DNA of 64,000 nucleotides. Origin: Tepidisphaera sp. (lineage in GTDB: Bacteria > Planctomycetota > Phycisphaerae > Phycisphaerales > UBA1924). The position numbers and the translations under genes were made by a program. This document shows positions 40,827 through 50,825 of the stretch, one piece after another; within the stretch, counting starts at the first letter, position 1; the number at the start of each line of letters is the position of its first letter. The notes below the pieces were generated by a model that was not told the origin of the DNA, ran no database searches, and saw only the letters and a program-made list of their open reading frames with translations. The stretch is from contig CP051526.1 in NCBI GenBank assembly GCA_050916045.1, forward strand, positions 800,001 to 864,000, given 5' to 3'.

Positions 40827-43148
40827 CTACGCCCTCTTCTCGCTCGGATACGCGATCCGTCCGTGATAGATGCTCGTCACCGTCCGCGCGATCGACTCGC
40901 AGATCTGGTTCAGCTCCCGAAGCGTCAGCTCGCAGTCATCAAACTGCCCGTCCAGAAGCCGCTTGTTCGCAAGATCCCGCACCAACGCCTCGATCCTCGC
41001 CGGCGTCGGGTCCTCGAGCGTCCGCGTCGCGCTCTCCACCGCGTCCGCCACCATCAGGATCGCCACTTCCTTCGTCTGCGGCCTCGGACCCGGATACCGA
41101 TACTCCACCTCGTCGGGCATCCCGTCCAGTTCCGAATCATCCTCTTCCCGATCAAGATCCCCGATCTCCGAATCCTCCTGGGCCGCCGCCGCTTTGGCTT
41201 TCTGCTTGGCCCGGTGGAAGAAATACTCGACCAGCGTCGTCCCGTGGTGGGCCTCGATGAAGTGCCGAAGCACCTTGGGGATGCCGAACTCAATCGCCAG
41301 CTCCACCCCGTCCTTCACGTGCCCCACGATCACCAGAAGCGACAGCGCCGGCGACAATTTGTCGTGCCGGTTCCCCCCGCCCACGCGGTTCTCGATGAAA
41401 TACTCCGGCTTGTTCATCTTCCCGATGTCGTGGTAAAGCCCGCCGACGTACGTGAGAAGCGAGTTCGCCCCGATCGCGTCCGCCGCCGCCTCCGCGATCG
41501 CCGCCACGTTCAGCGAGTGGTTGTACGTCCCCGGCGCCCGCTGCTGAAGCTCCCGCAGCAGCGGCTGCTTCGGATCGCGAAGCTCGATCAGCGTCAGCCC
41601 GGTCGCGACGTCAAACAGCCGCTCGACCGTTGGCAGGACGAAAAGCACCACGCCTCCGCACAGCACCGCGCCCGCTCCGGCCATCGCCGCATCCACCATC
41701 GTCTGCCGCCACGCTTCGGGCACCGGTCGCTCCACCAGCCCCACGACCAGCGTCGCGACCGCCAGCGCCGCGCCCGCGCCCAGAGCCCCGCGAACCATCG
41801 TCCCACGCTCCCGCACATCGCGAAGCAGCCAAACCGCCGCCGCGATCCCCGACACCAGCACCGCAAAGTCGCCCACCGATCGATCGAGCCCCAGACACAC
41901 CAATGTCCCAAGCAGCACGCCGTACGCCAGCGCCACCCGCTGCTCGTACGCCACCGTCAGGAGCATCACGACGATGATGATCGGCGCCGTCGCCGTCACC
42001 GCCGAAAGCCCCGGATACATGACCGTCCCCGCGCACGCCGCCGCCAGCGCCACAAGCAGCAGCACCGCCGCCGAGATCTGCCGCCCGACGCTCCGCCGGA
42101 TCCGCGGCACGAACAGCGCCGTGTACCCCGCGCACGCCGCCGCGATCGCCGCCGTCACCGCAACCAGCCCCGCCCTCGGCCACCAGATCTGCCCCGATGT
42201 CGCCACCGTCGGAAACTGACGACGCTCCGCTTCGTAAAGGTCGTACTGCGCCGGCGTGAGCGCGTCGCCCCGCGCGAAGATCACCTGCCCCTTGGCGTAC
42301 TTGATCGTCTGAAGCGGCACCGCGTTCGCCGCCGCCGCCAGATCCTCCGCCGTCGATTCCTCATCAAACCTGAAAGTCGGCCTCGGCTCGTTCAAAAGCC
42401 GGTTCGTCGCCACCTCCGCCAGCGCCCCGCGAAGCCCCGACGCACGCACCATCCCACGCATCGCTTCGTCTCGCATCGCCGCGCCCGACAGATTCACCAC
42501 CTCCGCCCGTGGCACCGTCGTCGTCGACGCCGCCGGAAGCGCAAGCTTGATCTCGACGTTCAGACCCTCGGTCAGCGCCCGCTGAAACGTCCGCTCATCA
42601 AGCACCGGCTTGCGAAGCAGGATCGACCCCAGCCGCGTCACACCTTTGGACCACGCGCCGTCCGCCGCCGCGTCCGCGCCCCGCAGCGCGCCCAAAAGCT
42701 CCTCCGTCAGCCCGAACTTCTGCTGGATCGCCGGATCCACCCGGTCCAGCGTCGTCGCCGAAGCCACCGCCGCCGGCAGACTCTCAAGCGACTGCACGAT
42801 CTCCCCGATCACTTCCGAGTTCGCCGCGTACACCCGCGGCACACGGCTCTTCGCCGCTTCCCGAAGCTCCTGCTCCGCCGCACGGTCACGGTTCACCAGG
42901 TCCGCACGCACCGTCCGCGTCTCGTCCATCACCCGTCCGACCGCGACAAGCGGCATCTCGCGCGACCACACCACCATCCCCGACGCGAAAAGCCCGGCCA
43001 GGATCGTGATCAAAAGGCCCCACGCCCCGATCGGCGATTCCACCGCCTGAAGCACCATCGATCCCAGCACCGCCCGCGCCTGCCCGCGCCGCTGCCTCAC
43101 GCTCCGGCTGATCGCGCTCGTCCTCGACCTGTTCGTGTCGCGTCCCAT
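40827..43148 (-). CDS. 7TM-HD (HDIG) phosphohydrolase, PgpH/YqfF-like
   Basis: Extracellular domain plus multiple TM helices; APGTYNHS, YHDIGK, HHGTT, YRYPGPRP and ADAVESA. Confidence 0.9.
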   Translation of the reverse strand: MGRDTNRSRTSAISRSVRQRRGQARAVLGSMVLQAVESPIGAWGLLITILAGLFASGMVVWSREMPLVAVGRVMDETRTVRADLVNRDRAAEQELREAAKSRVPRVYAANSEVIGEIVQSLESLPAAVASATTLDRVDPAIQQKFGLTEELLGALRGADAAADGAWSKGVTRLGSILLRKPVLDERTFQRALTEGLNVEIKLALPAASTTTVPRAEVVNLSGAAMRDEAMRGMVRASGLRGALAEVATNRLLNEPRPTFRFDEESTAEDLAAAANAVPLQTIKYAKGQVIFARGDALTPAQYDLYEAERRQFPTVATSGQIWWPRAGLVAVTAAIAAACAGYTALFVPRIRRSVGRQISAAVLLLVALAAACAGTVMYPGLSAVTATAPIIIVVMLLTVAYEQRVALAYGVLLGTLVCLGLDRSVGDFAVLVSGIAAAVWLLRDVRERGTMVRGALGAGAALAVATLVVGLVERPVPEAWRQTMVDAAMAGAGAVLCGGVVLFVLPTVERLFDVATGLTLIELRDPKQPLLRELQQRAPGTYNHSLNVAAIAEAAADAIGANSLLTYVGGLYHDIGKMNKPEYFIENRVGGGNRHDKLSPALSLLVIVGHVKDGVELAIEFGIPKVLRHFIEAHHGTTLVEYFFHRAKQKAKAAAAQEDSEIGDLDREEDDSELDGMPDEVEYRYPGPRPQTKEVAILMVADAVESATRTLEDPTPARIEALVRDLANKRLLDGQFDDCELTLRELNQICESIARTVTSIYHGRIAYPSEKRA

Positions 43149-43151
43149 GCG

Positions 43152-44150
43152 TTACCGCGGCCCCCCGATGCCTTCATCGTCGTACGCGTCGATCACGCGC
43201 TGCACCAGCGGATGCCGCACCACGTCGCTCCGGTCAAGGCCCACCATCGCCACCCCCGGCGTCCGCCCCAGCCTCCGGCACGCATCCACCAAGCCGCTGT
43301 CCCCCGGGTTCGCCAGGTCCACCTGCGTCGCGTCCCCCGTCACCACCATCTTGCTCCCGTGCCCCATTCGCGTCAGGAACATCTTCATCTGCGAGCGAGT
43401 CGTGTTCTGCGCCTCGTCCAGAATGATCATCGCGTTGTTCAGCGTCCGCCCGCGCATGAACGCAAGCGGGCAGATCTCCACCACGTCGCTCTCCATGAAC
43501 CGGCGGATCGTCCCGTACTCCATCATGTCGTGCAGCGCGTCAAAAAGCGGCCGCAGATACGGGTTCACCTTTGCTTCAAGATCCCCCGGCAGGAACCCGA
43601 GCTTCTCGCCCGCTTCCACCGCCGGCCTCACCAGAAACAGCTTGCTCGTCCGCCCCGTCTTCAGCAGGTGCACCGCCACCGCCACGGCGAGGTACGTCTT
43701 TCCCGTGCCCGCCGGCCCGACCGCGAAAACCATGTCGTTGTCGCGGATCGCCCTCAGGTACGCTTCCTGATTCGCCGTCTTGGGCTTGATCTGCCGCCCG
43801 CGGACGTACACGTCAAGGCGACCATCCCACGCTTCATTCAGCGACGGGACCTCCTCCGCCCCGGCTTCCTCGCCTTCGGGAAGGTCCGCCAGCGCCGAGG
43901 ATTCATCCGTGATGCACCCCAGCACCTCGCGGCGGTTCATCGGCCGGTTCTGCCGCGCCGCCGCTCCCAGACGCTGAAGTACCCGCTGCGCCACCGTCAC
44001 CGGCCCCCGGCCTCCCCGGATGTGCACCACGCCCTCTCGGGCCGTCACATCGACGCCGAGCGCCTCGCGAAGCATCTTGAGATTGCGTTCCCCGTCCCCG
44101 AGAACCCCCAGGCGCTCCGACCCCGTCGAAACTCGTATCGTCATGTCCAA
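43152..44150 (-). CDS. phoH: PhoH-family ATPase
   Basis: GPAGTGKTYLA, RPAVEAGEKLGFLPGDL, PLAFMRGRTL, LDEAQN and DVVRHPLV. Confidence 0.95.
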   Translation of the reverse strand: MDMTIRVSTGSERLGVLGDGERNLKMLREALGVDVTAREGVVHIRGGRGPVTVAQRVLQRLGAAARQNRPMNRREVLGCITDESSALADLPEGEEAGAEEVPSLNEAWDGRLDVYVRGRQIKPKTANQEAYLRAIRDNDMVFAVGPAGTGKTYLAVAVAVHLLKTGRTSKLFLVRPAVEAGEKLGFLPGDLEAKVNPYLRPLFDALHDMMEYGTIRRFMESDVVEICPLAFMRGRTLNNAMIILDEAQNTTRSQMKMFLTRMGHGSKMVVTGDATQVDLANPGDSGLVDACRRLGRTPGVAMVGLDRSDVVRHPLVQRVIDAYDDEGIGGPR

Positions 44151-44225
44151 GCGATGCGTACTCCCGGTCGTCCGACGACCCCGTCACTGTATCGAACCCC
44201 GCCCCCCGAGGTATCCTCTCCCCGC

Positions 44226-44663
44226 ATGGCCCCCGTACCCCGCCAGCTCGCCCTCTTCGCCCTCCTCTTTATCGGCGGCTGCTCCATCCCACGCCCCAAC
44301 GTCGACCCCGTCCAAAGTGCGAACGTTGTCGAGGACGCCGGCCAGTCCCGCGTGGATGTGGTGGGGGACTGGGACGATGTCTCAGCCGCTTTGGCCGTCG
44401 GGCTCGGCAAGCTCAACCTCGCCGTGGTCGACGGGACCTTCGACCAGAACCAGCTCTCTTACACGCTGGTGGACGTGCTCGACCGGCCCGCCCAGATCAG
44501 GGTCACCAAGCTCGACCCCGCACCGGGCGTTCCCGAGGGCACCATCCGGATCTCGGCTTCCTTCACCCGCTACCGCGACAAGGACCGTGAGCGACTCCTC
44601 GTCGCCGCCGTCGCGCAGCGTCTCGCCGAGCTTCGCGGCGTCGACATCGCACCCGTTCGTTGA
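44226..44663 (+). CDS. Hypothetical lipoprotein
   Basis: MAPVPRQLALFALLFIGGC lipobox; this is the real 3' end of the long shadow ORF 40863-44663. Confidence 0.7.
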   Translation: MAPVPRQLALFALLFIGGCSIPRPNVDPVQSANVVEDAGQSRVDVVGDWDDVSAALAVGLGKLNLAVVDGTFDQNQLSYTLVDVLDRPAQIRVTKLDPAPGVPEGTIRISASFTRYRDKDRERLLVAAVAQRLAELRGVDIAPVR

Positions 44664-44670
44664 ACGTGCC

Positions 44671-46083
44671 TCAAGCGGTCCCGCGAGACGCTTCCACCGG
44701 CTCGGGAAGTTCCACGATCATCGTCGTGCCTTCCTTCCACACCGATTCAACGCGGATCGTCCCGTCCAGCGACTTCACCGCGTGACGGACGATCGCAAGC
44801 CCAAGCCCGGTCCCCTTCGCGCCATTCCCCATCCGCGAGTTCTCCACCTGGTAGAACCGCTCGAAGATCCGCTGCTGCTGATCCAGCGGAATCCCGATCC
44901 CCCGATCCGCGACGCTCCAGCGGATCCCACCCTCCATCCGCTCCACGCCGACCACGACCTCCGTCCCGTCGTACGCGAACTTCAGCGCGTTCTCGATCAG
45001 GTTCCGCAGGATCAACTGCAAAAGCCGCGGATCCGTCCGAAGCTCGCTCACCCCCGCGCGAAACGCCAGGCCGACCGTCCCCTGCGACATCGTCGCCGCG
45101 AATTGAGCACGCATCGACGCTTCCACTTCCGCCGCCCGAACCGTCGACACCTCGATCGGAGCTTCGGTGCTCTCAAGCCGCGACAAGTCCATCAGATCCC
45201 GCGTCAGATCCTCAAGCCGCGTTGAATTCTCCGCGATCATCCGCAAAAGCCGCGACCGGATTCCCGGCTCCTCCGACGCGCCGCTCTCCAGCGTCTCGAT
45301 CGCACCCTTGATCGCCGCCAGCGGGGTTCGAAGCTCGTGGCTCGCGTTGGCCACAAAGTCCGTCCGAAGCCGCGCCGCTTCCGAAGCCTCCGTCACGTCC
45401 ACCATCGTCATCACCACGCCCACCGCTTCGGACCCGCGCCGCCACGGCGAAGCCGTCACCTCCACCGTTCTCGCCCCCGATGCGGGCAAAAGCCAGCGGA
45501 CCTCGGCGCTCCCCGCCCGCCCCGCCGCAGCGTCCCGATGAAGATGAAGCACCTCGCGCTGCGTGATGAATTCCGCGACGTTCCGGCCCGTCAAACCCCG
45601 CGATGCCAAGCTCGCATCAACCGAAAGCAGCGACAGAGCCGGCCCGTTCGCCGACACGATCCGTCCATCCACATCCGTCCCGATCACGGGAATCCGGATG
45701 CTCTCCAGCACGCCCGAAGCCGCCGCCCGCGCCGCTTCCGCGACTTCCGTCTGTGCACGCGAAAGCGGCACCGCACGCCCGACCGCCGCCAGCGCCGCTT
45801 CCAGATCCGCATCCGCTTCTTCGTCCAGCGCCGCACTCGAAGCGTGCCCAGCCTCCGCGAGCGTGCGAGCCACTCGCTCCCGCCGATCCCGCTCCACAGC
45901 ACGCCGGGCCCGCGCAGGTCCCGCGACAAAGATCAACCCCGCTCCGACGCTCGATCCCAGAATCGCGAGTGCACGCTGCCCAGCCGACCAGTCCCGCGTC
46001 GCGGCGAACAGCGACACGCCCCCGACGAGCATGATCGTCGCGAAGCCGGCAACCGCGGGCCGCTGCTGAAACCACCGAAGCAT
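44671..46083 (-). CDS. phoR: Sensor histidine kinase, PhoR-like (TM-PAS-HisKA-HATPase)
   Basis: DFVANASHELRTPL, NLIENALKF, DRGIGI, IFERFYQV and GTGLGLAIV. Confidence 0.8.
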   Translation of the reverse strand: MLRWFQQRPAVAGFATIMLVGGVSLFAATRDWSAGQRALAILGSSVGAGLIFVAGPARARRAVERDRRERVARTLAEAGHASSAALDEEADADLEAALAAVGRAVPLSRAQTEVAEAARAAASGVLESIRIPVIGTDVDGRIVSANGPALSLLSVDASLASRGLTGRNVAEFITQREVLHLHRDAAAGRAGSAEVRWLLPASGARTVEVTASPWRRGSEAVGVVMTMVDVTEASEAARLRTDFVANASHELRTPLAAIKGAIETLESGASEEPGIRSRLLRMIAENSTRLEDLTRDLMDLSRLESTEAPIEVSTVRAAEVEASMRAQFAATMSQGTVGLAFRAGVSELRTDPRLLQLILRNLIENALKFAYDGTEVVVGVERMEGGIRWSVADRGIGIPLDQQQRIFERFYQVENSRMGNGAKGTGLGLAIVRHAVKSLDGTIRVESVWKEGTTMIVELPEPVEASRGTA

Positions 46084-46092
46084 CGGCGGATG

Positions 46093-46815
46093 CTACTCCT
46101 CGCCCGAGCCCGGCGCATCCGCCGTCGCGCGATATCCCACTCCACGCACCGTCTTGATCAGGCTCGCCGAAGCACCAAGCTTCTTGCGGATCGCGGTCAT
46201 GTGCACGTCGATCGTCCGGTCCGTCACCGTCACGCCCGGACCCATCGCACGGGCCATCAGCACGCTCCGCGTCATGATCTTCCCCTGCGCCTGAAGCAGG
46301 GCAGCCAGAAGCCTGAACTCCGTCAGCGTGAATTTCACCGAATCCCCGGAAACCACCGCTTCGTGCGTCTCCGTGTTCATCGCGAGCTCGCCGAGCGCAA
46401 GCGATCGGTTCGCACTCGGCCCCGTCGTCCCCGTCGGAAGCGACCGCCTCAGCAACGCCTCCAGACGCGCAAGAAGCACCTTGATCGAGAACGGCTTGGT
46501 CACATAGTCGTCCGCGCCCACCGTCAGCCCCACCACCTGATCCACCTCTTCGCTCTTGGCCGTGAGCATCAGGATCGGCACCGTCGCGGTCACCGGATTC
46601 GTCCGAAGCCGCCTGGCGACCTCGGTCCCTGACAGTTCAGGCAGCATCACATCCAAAATGATCGCGTCCGGGGCTCCCGAGGAAGCCATGTCCACCGCGG
46701 ACCGCCCGTTTCGGGCAATCGAAACCCTGTATCCGGTCTTCTGCAGGTTGTATTGAAGCAGTTCGGCGATGTCGCGTTCGTCTTCCACGATCAGGATGTG
46801 GCGTGATTCGCTCAT
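46093..46815 (-). CDS. phoB: OmpR/PhoB-family response regulator
   Basis: ILIVEDE, ILDVMLP, GADDYVTKPF, TLTEFRLL, DRTIDVH and TVRGVGY. Confidence 0.85.
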   Translation of the reverse strand: MSESRHILIVEDERDIAELLQYNLQKTGYRVSIARNGRSAVDMASSGAPDAIILDVMLPELSGTEVARRLRTNPVTATVPILMLTAKSEEVDQVVGLTVGADDYVTKPFSIKVLLARLEALLRRSLPTGTTGPSANRSLALGELAMNTETHEAVVSGDSVKFTLTEFRLLAALLQAQGKIMTRSVLMARAMGPGVTVTDRTIDVHMTAIRKKLGASASLIKTVRGVGYRATADAPGSGEE

Positions 46816-47323
46816 GTTTGTTAGCCGTAACTCCTTGGCCGATAACCACCTACGGTCATCCGAGCATCGGAAAGCACCGCGTGGGAATGATACCCGCGAC
46901 CCCGTTGTTCGCATGTTGGAAGGGTTCACAATGCGCTAAGAATGCTGGGAAAATGGGTGTTGAACCGAAAGAAACCATGCTCAACTGGGGAGAAACCGCA
47001 AGAAATGTGTCCGTGAGGTGGGGTGACAACCGAAAAAACGAATTCCCCGTGTTTGCGTTTGCTAATCGGTGTGAGTATCGTTACCTTCCCCGGCCATCAC
47101 GGTAATCGGACTCTGGGAGGGTCAATCGAGTTCGGAAGGGGGTTCGAAGCGTGCTCCGACAAACCGCCCCTTTCATGGGAAGCGGGAAGCAGTTGGGAAG
47201 GGTGGGGGGACAACAAGTGTCCAGAGGGGACGGACTTCGTGGTCTGATCCCCAGTTCGGACGAGTTCAGAGTGGGCCGCGCCGCCTCGCCAATGGGGGCT
47301 GGCCCGAGATCAAGGAGTCTCAG

Positions 47324-48619
47324 ATGACGAAGCAGATGAAGATGGTGACGATGATCGCGGGCGCCGCCCTGAGCCTCGGTTCCGCCGTGGCCCAGACCAG
47401 CGTTGATCGCGCGGTCGACGCCGAGCGTCTCAACAGCACGCTCAACCGCTCCAACCTCCAGGGCTCCGGCGACGGCGCCACCATGAAGGTCGGCGGCCTC
47501 ATCCAGTTCCGCTACCACGCCAACTGGCGCTCCGACGGCACCGCCACCCAGCCGGCCGGCACCATCTCGCAGGACGACGACTTCACCTCCGGTTTCGCCT
47601 CTGGCAAGACCAAGCTCTGGGTGAAGGGCAACGCCGCCGAGAACCTCGAGTACGGCATCCAGGGCGACTTCGCCACCTCCGGCGGCAGCTTCGCTCTCGA
47701 TGACGCCTTCTTCCGCTACGTCTTCAGCGACGGCTTCGCGGTCAAGGCCGGTCAGTTCAAGCTCCCGATCCTCCGCGAAGAGAACATCAGCGACGCCTAC
47801 CAGCTCGCCGCTCAGCGCTCGATCGTGAACAACGTCTTCACCCAGGGCCGTAGCCAGGGCGTGCAGGCCGAGTTCACCTCCGACGCGTTCTCCGCGATGG
47901 TCGCCTTCTCCGACGGCATCCGCAGCCGCAACACGGACTGGAACAGCTCCGCCGAGTCCGACTGGGCCCTCACCGGCCGCCTCAACTACGTGATCTCCGG
48001 CGATGCGAAGCGTTTCGACGACTTCACCTCCGGCAAGGGCGAGTCCTACGCCTCCATGGTCGGCGCGGCGATCCACTACCAGGGCGGCCAGGACACCGGT
48101 GACGGCAACGACGCCGGCGCCAACACCGCCACCGCCAACTTCCTCCTCTACACCATCGACGCCCAGTTCGAAGGCGACGGCTGGAACGCCTTCGCGGCCT
48201 TCGTCGGCTCCAACACCGACCCCGAAGCCGCCGGCGATGAGTCCACCTCCGCCTACGGCCTCCTCGTTCAGGCCGGCGTGTTCGTCGACAACTCCTGGGA
48301 GCTCTTCGGCCGCTGGGACTCCATCTTCGCCGACAGCAACGCCGACGGCGCGACCCTCGACCCCGACGCCTTCCACTTCATCACGGCCGGCGTGAACTAC
48401 TACCTCATTCCGAAGAAGCACACGATGAAGGCCACCTTCAGCGTCATCGTCGCTCTCAACGAGACCTACGACCTCCGCAACTTCAACGTCCTGGCTGGCA
48501 CCGGCGGCACCGCTCCCGCGGGCACCGGCACCTCCCTGCCCTACTCGGCCGGCGGTATCCTCGGTGACATCGACACCGGCGAAATCGGCCTGTCCGCTCA
48601 GGTCCAGGTCATGTTCTAA
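47324..48619 (+). CDS. Outer-membrane porin (OprO/OprP-like putative phosphate porin)
   Basis: AAGGAG RBS, signal peptide, GGLIQFRY, VKAGQFKLP, amphipathic beta strands and C-terminal Phe; divergent from phoBR. Confidence 0.75.
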   Translation: MTKQMKMVTMIAGAALSLGSAVAQTSVDRAVDAERLNSTLNRSNLQGSGDGATMKVGGLIQFRYHANWRSDGTATQPAGTISQDDDFTSGFASGKTKLWVKGNAAENLEYGIQGDFATSGGSFALDDAFFRYVFSDGFAVKAGQFKLPILREENISDAYQLAAQRSIVNNVFTQGRSQGVQAEFTSDAFSAMVAFSDGIRSRNTDWNSSAESDWALTGRLNYVISGDAKRFDDFTSGKGESYASMVGAAIHYQGGQDTGDGNDAGANTATANFLLYTIDAQFEGDGWNAFAAFVGSNTDPEAAGDESTSAYGLLVQAGVFVDNSWELFGRWDSIFADSNADGATLDPDAFHFITAGVNYYLIPKKHTMKATFSVIVALNETYDLRNFNVLAGTGGTAPAGTGTSLPYSAGGILGDIDTGEIGLSAQVQVMF

Positions 48620-48645
48620 GTTCGCCTGATTCACTCTGAATCATC

Positions 48646-48682
48646 ACCGGCCGGCTCGCAAGAGCCGGCCGGTTGTTTTTTT
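48646..48682 (+). terminator. Intrinsic terminator after the porin gene
   Basis: ACCGGCCGGCTC-GCAA-GAGCCGGCCGGT-TGTTTTTTT. Confidence 0.9.
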
Positions 48683-48686
48683 CGGC

Positions 48687-48742
48687 AAGTCACGCAGTCA
48701 CGAAGTCACGAAGTCGTGACGCGCCAAAGCCGCGAAGTCACT
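48687..48742. repeat. Octamer tandem repeat (AAGTCACG-like)
   Basis: AAGTCACG CAGTCACG AAGTCACG AAGTCGTG ... AAGTCACT. Confidence 0.65.
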
Positions 48743-48797
48743 CGGACAACGTCTCGGTCGAGCGCCGAACAGCGAACGCCTCGTGCCTCGTGTTTTC

Positions 48798-49268
48798 TCA
48801 TTCCTTGACGCTGGCCGGATCCTGGCCCTGCTCGATCGCCGCGATCTTCCGCAAGCGTCTCGCGTGGCGGCCGCCCTCAAACGGCGTCTTCACGAACGTC
48901 TCCGTGATCTTCTCGATCAGCCGCTGGCCCAGCAGGTCCGCCGACATGCACAGGATGTTCGCGTTGTTGTGGCTCCGCGAAAGCTGAGCCGCGATCTCAT
49001 CGTGCGCCACCGCCGCGCGGATCCCCGGGATCTTGTTCGCCGCGATCGACATTCCGATCCCAGTCCCGCAGATCAGCACGCCGCTCTCGTACTTCCCCTC
49101 CGCGATCGCCCGGGCCACCTGGTACGCAAGCTCCGGATAGTCGCACGGCTGACCCGAGCACTCGCCCATCACGGCGACCTCGTGCCCCTCGCGCGTCAGT
49201 TTCTCCTGCAGCTGACGGATAGCAGCCGTTCCGCGGTGATCTGCAGCAAGCGCGATTCTCAAGGTCAT
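48798..49268 (-). CDS. rpiB: Ribose-5-phosphate isomerase B
   Basis: AADHRG, CDYP, ICGTGIGMSIAANKIPGIRAA, HNNANIL and FEGGRHARR. Confidence 0.95.
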   Translation of the reverse strand: MTLRIALAADHRGTAAIRQLQEKLTREGHEVAVMGECSGQPCDYPELAYQVARAIAEGKYESGVLICGTGIGMSIAANKIPGIRAAVAHDEIAAQLSRSHNNANILCMSADLLGQRLIEKITETFVKTPFEGGRHARRLRKIAAIEQGQDPASVKE

Positions 49269-49272
49269 GCTC

Positions 49273-50412
49273 CTATTCGTTCCCGGTTCCTGCGTTCCGA
49301 CGCCCGGCAAGGCGAGCGTCGAGCCCCGCGAGCCGCGACCGGATCAGTTCCTCCAGCCGCTTCGCGGTTGAAATATAGAGCGCCACGGGCCCGCCCACCG
49401 GGTCGGGAATATCGCTTCCCGAAGGGTCCAGCACTTCGACCTTCTCCGCCACCTCAGGTCCCATCGTCCGCAGCGCTCGGGCGTGCGAAGCCGTCATCGC
49501 GTAGATCGCGTCCGCCCCGCGAGCCGCTTCCGACGTCACCCCCTGCGACCGGTGGGGCGATGGCTCGATCCCCAGCGCACGCAAAGCCCCGGTCGTCTGC
49601 GGGCTCGCGGGTTCCCCCTCGCTCGCCGCCACCCCCGCCGAAGACACCTCCGTCGGAATCCCGTCAAGCGTCCCCTCCGGCCCGATGATCGACCGCGCGA
49701 TCGCCTCCGCCATCGGGCTTCGGCACGTGTTCCCCGTGCAGACAAACAGAATCCGCCGCGTCAAAGCCCGCGCGACCGATCGCGCCGGCACCGCCCCTTC
49801 GCTCACCACCGAGTACCCCGCACGCTCCCCGCCCGTCAGCCTCACCGTCGTCGACGGCCGTCCGTGCGTCGTCCGGCCCGCGTCAAGGACAAGCTCCGCG
49901 CCCAAAGCACCCAGCGCCCGAGCGTCATCACCCTCGCCCCCGCGCGGCACGCGATCCACCACGATCGGCCCACCCGTCGCTTGGATCACCGCGCGTGCCA
50001 CCGAGTGAGACGGCACCCGCACCCACACGACACCACCCGCATCCGCCGCCGAGACCGCGAGACCTTCGACAGGCCACGCTCCGACCTCAAGCGCCGCAAG
50101 ATCGATCCCAAACCGCACCGGCCCGGGCGCAAGCCTCTCCACCGCCCGTCGGTGGAGCGGCCAGCGGAGTTTGTCCACCACCTCGCTCGCACTCCCCGCG
50201 TGCCATGTCGAACTCTCGTCCGCTTTCCGGCCCGAAAACGCGACCAATCGCGACAGCGCGCCCGCATCGCTCGCCAGCGCCGCGACGCCGTAAAGCGTCT
50301 CCGTGGGGATCACCACAAGCCCGCCGCTCCGAAGGACAGCCGCCGCGCGATCTGCCGCTTCCCGCACCGCCACCGGCGAGTCCGACTTCAATTGAATCAG
50401 TGCGGGCGTCAC
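49273..50412 (-). CDS. Sua5/TsaC-like domain fused to an LMW protein (arginine) phosphatase
   Basis: GGLVVIPTETLYG...PSTTV (YrdC/Sua5), then ILFVCTGNTCRSPMAE and DIPDPVGG (YwlE-type). Confidence 0.85.
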   Translation of the reverse strand: MTPALIQLKSDSPVAVREAADRAAAVLRSGGLVVIPTETLYGVAALASDAGALSRLVAFSGRKADESSTWHAGSASEVVDKLRWPLHRRAVERLAPGPVRFGIDLAALEVGAWPVEGLAVSAADAGGVVWVRVPSHSVARAVIQATGGPIVVDRVPRGGEGDDARALGALGAELVLDAGRTTHGRPSTTVRLTGGERAGYSVVSEGAVPARSVARALTRRILFVCTGNTCRSPMAEAIARSIIGPEGTLDGIPTEVSSAGVAASEGEPASPQTTGALRALGIEPSPHRSQGVTSEAARGADAIYAMTASHARALRTMGPEVAEKVEVLDPSGSDIPDPVGGPVALYISTAKRLEELIRSRLAGLDARLAGRRNAGTGNE

Positions 50413-50825
50413 GCGGGCATCGTACCTCCGCTCCCCGCATCGCCACCGCCGCGTGGTCCAAACGGCGGAACCACAGCCAGCCCGCATGCCGCATCGCGCG
50501 GACGCGCAGCCGCCACAGCGTCGTACGCCGCTCTTGCCACCCAGGAAAGCCCCGGCATGCCAAGCACCAGCGCCGGCACCACGCCAAGCGGTGTCTCCAG
50601 CAGCGCCGCCCGCATCCCGGGCCATCCCGCGAGCTTCTCCCCGGCCGAGGTCCTGACCGGGATCCCCTTCATCGCCGACTCCCGCGGGACGGGAAGCTCT
50701 TCATCGCTCCGCTGCGTCAGATCCGCCAGCTCCAGCCGCCCCAGCCAATCCAGCCACGCCAGCACCCGCACCCCGCGACGGCACCACGGGCATCGCCCAT
50801 CGAAGTAGACCGCAGTTCGCACCAA
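50409..50825 (-). CDS. DCC1/DUF393 thiol-disulfide oxidoreductase
   Basis: VYFDGRCPWC (DxxCxxC), AYDAVAAAR; GGAGG RBS. Confidence 0.85.
   Translation of the reverse strand: MVRTAVYFDGRCPWCRRGVRVLAWLDWLGRLELADLTQRSDEELPVPRESAMKGIPVRTSAGEKLAGWPGMRAALLETPLGVVPALVLGMPGLSWVARAAYDAVAAARPRDAACGLAVVPPFGPRGGGDAGSGGTMPA

Noticed and set aside
40863..44225. Most of the 1266-aa plus-strand ORF 40863-44663
   Set aside because: Arg/His/Pro-rich shadow of the HD and phoH genes; only 44226-44663 looks like a real lipoprotein
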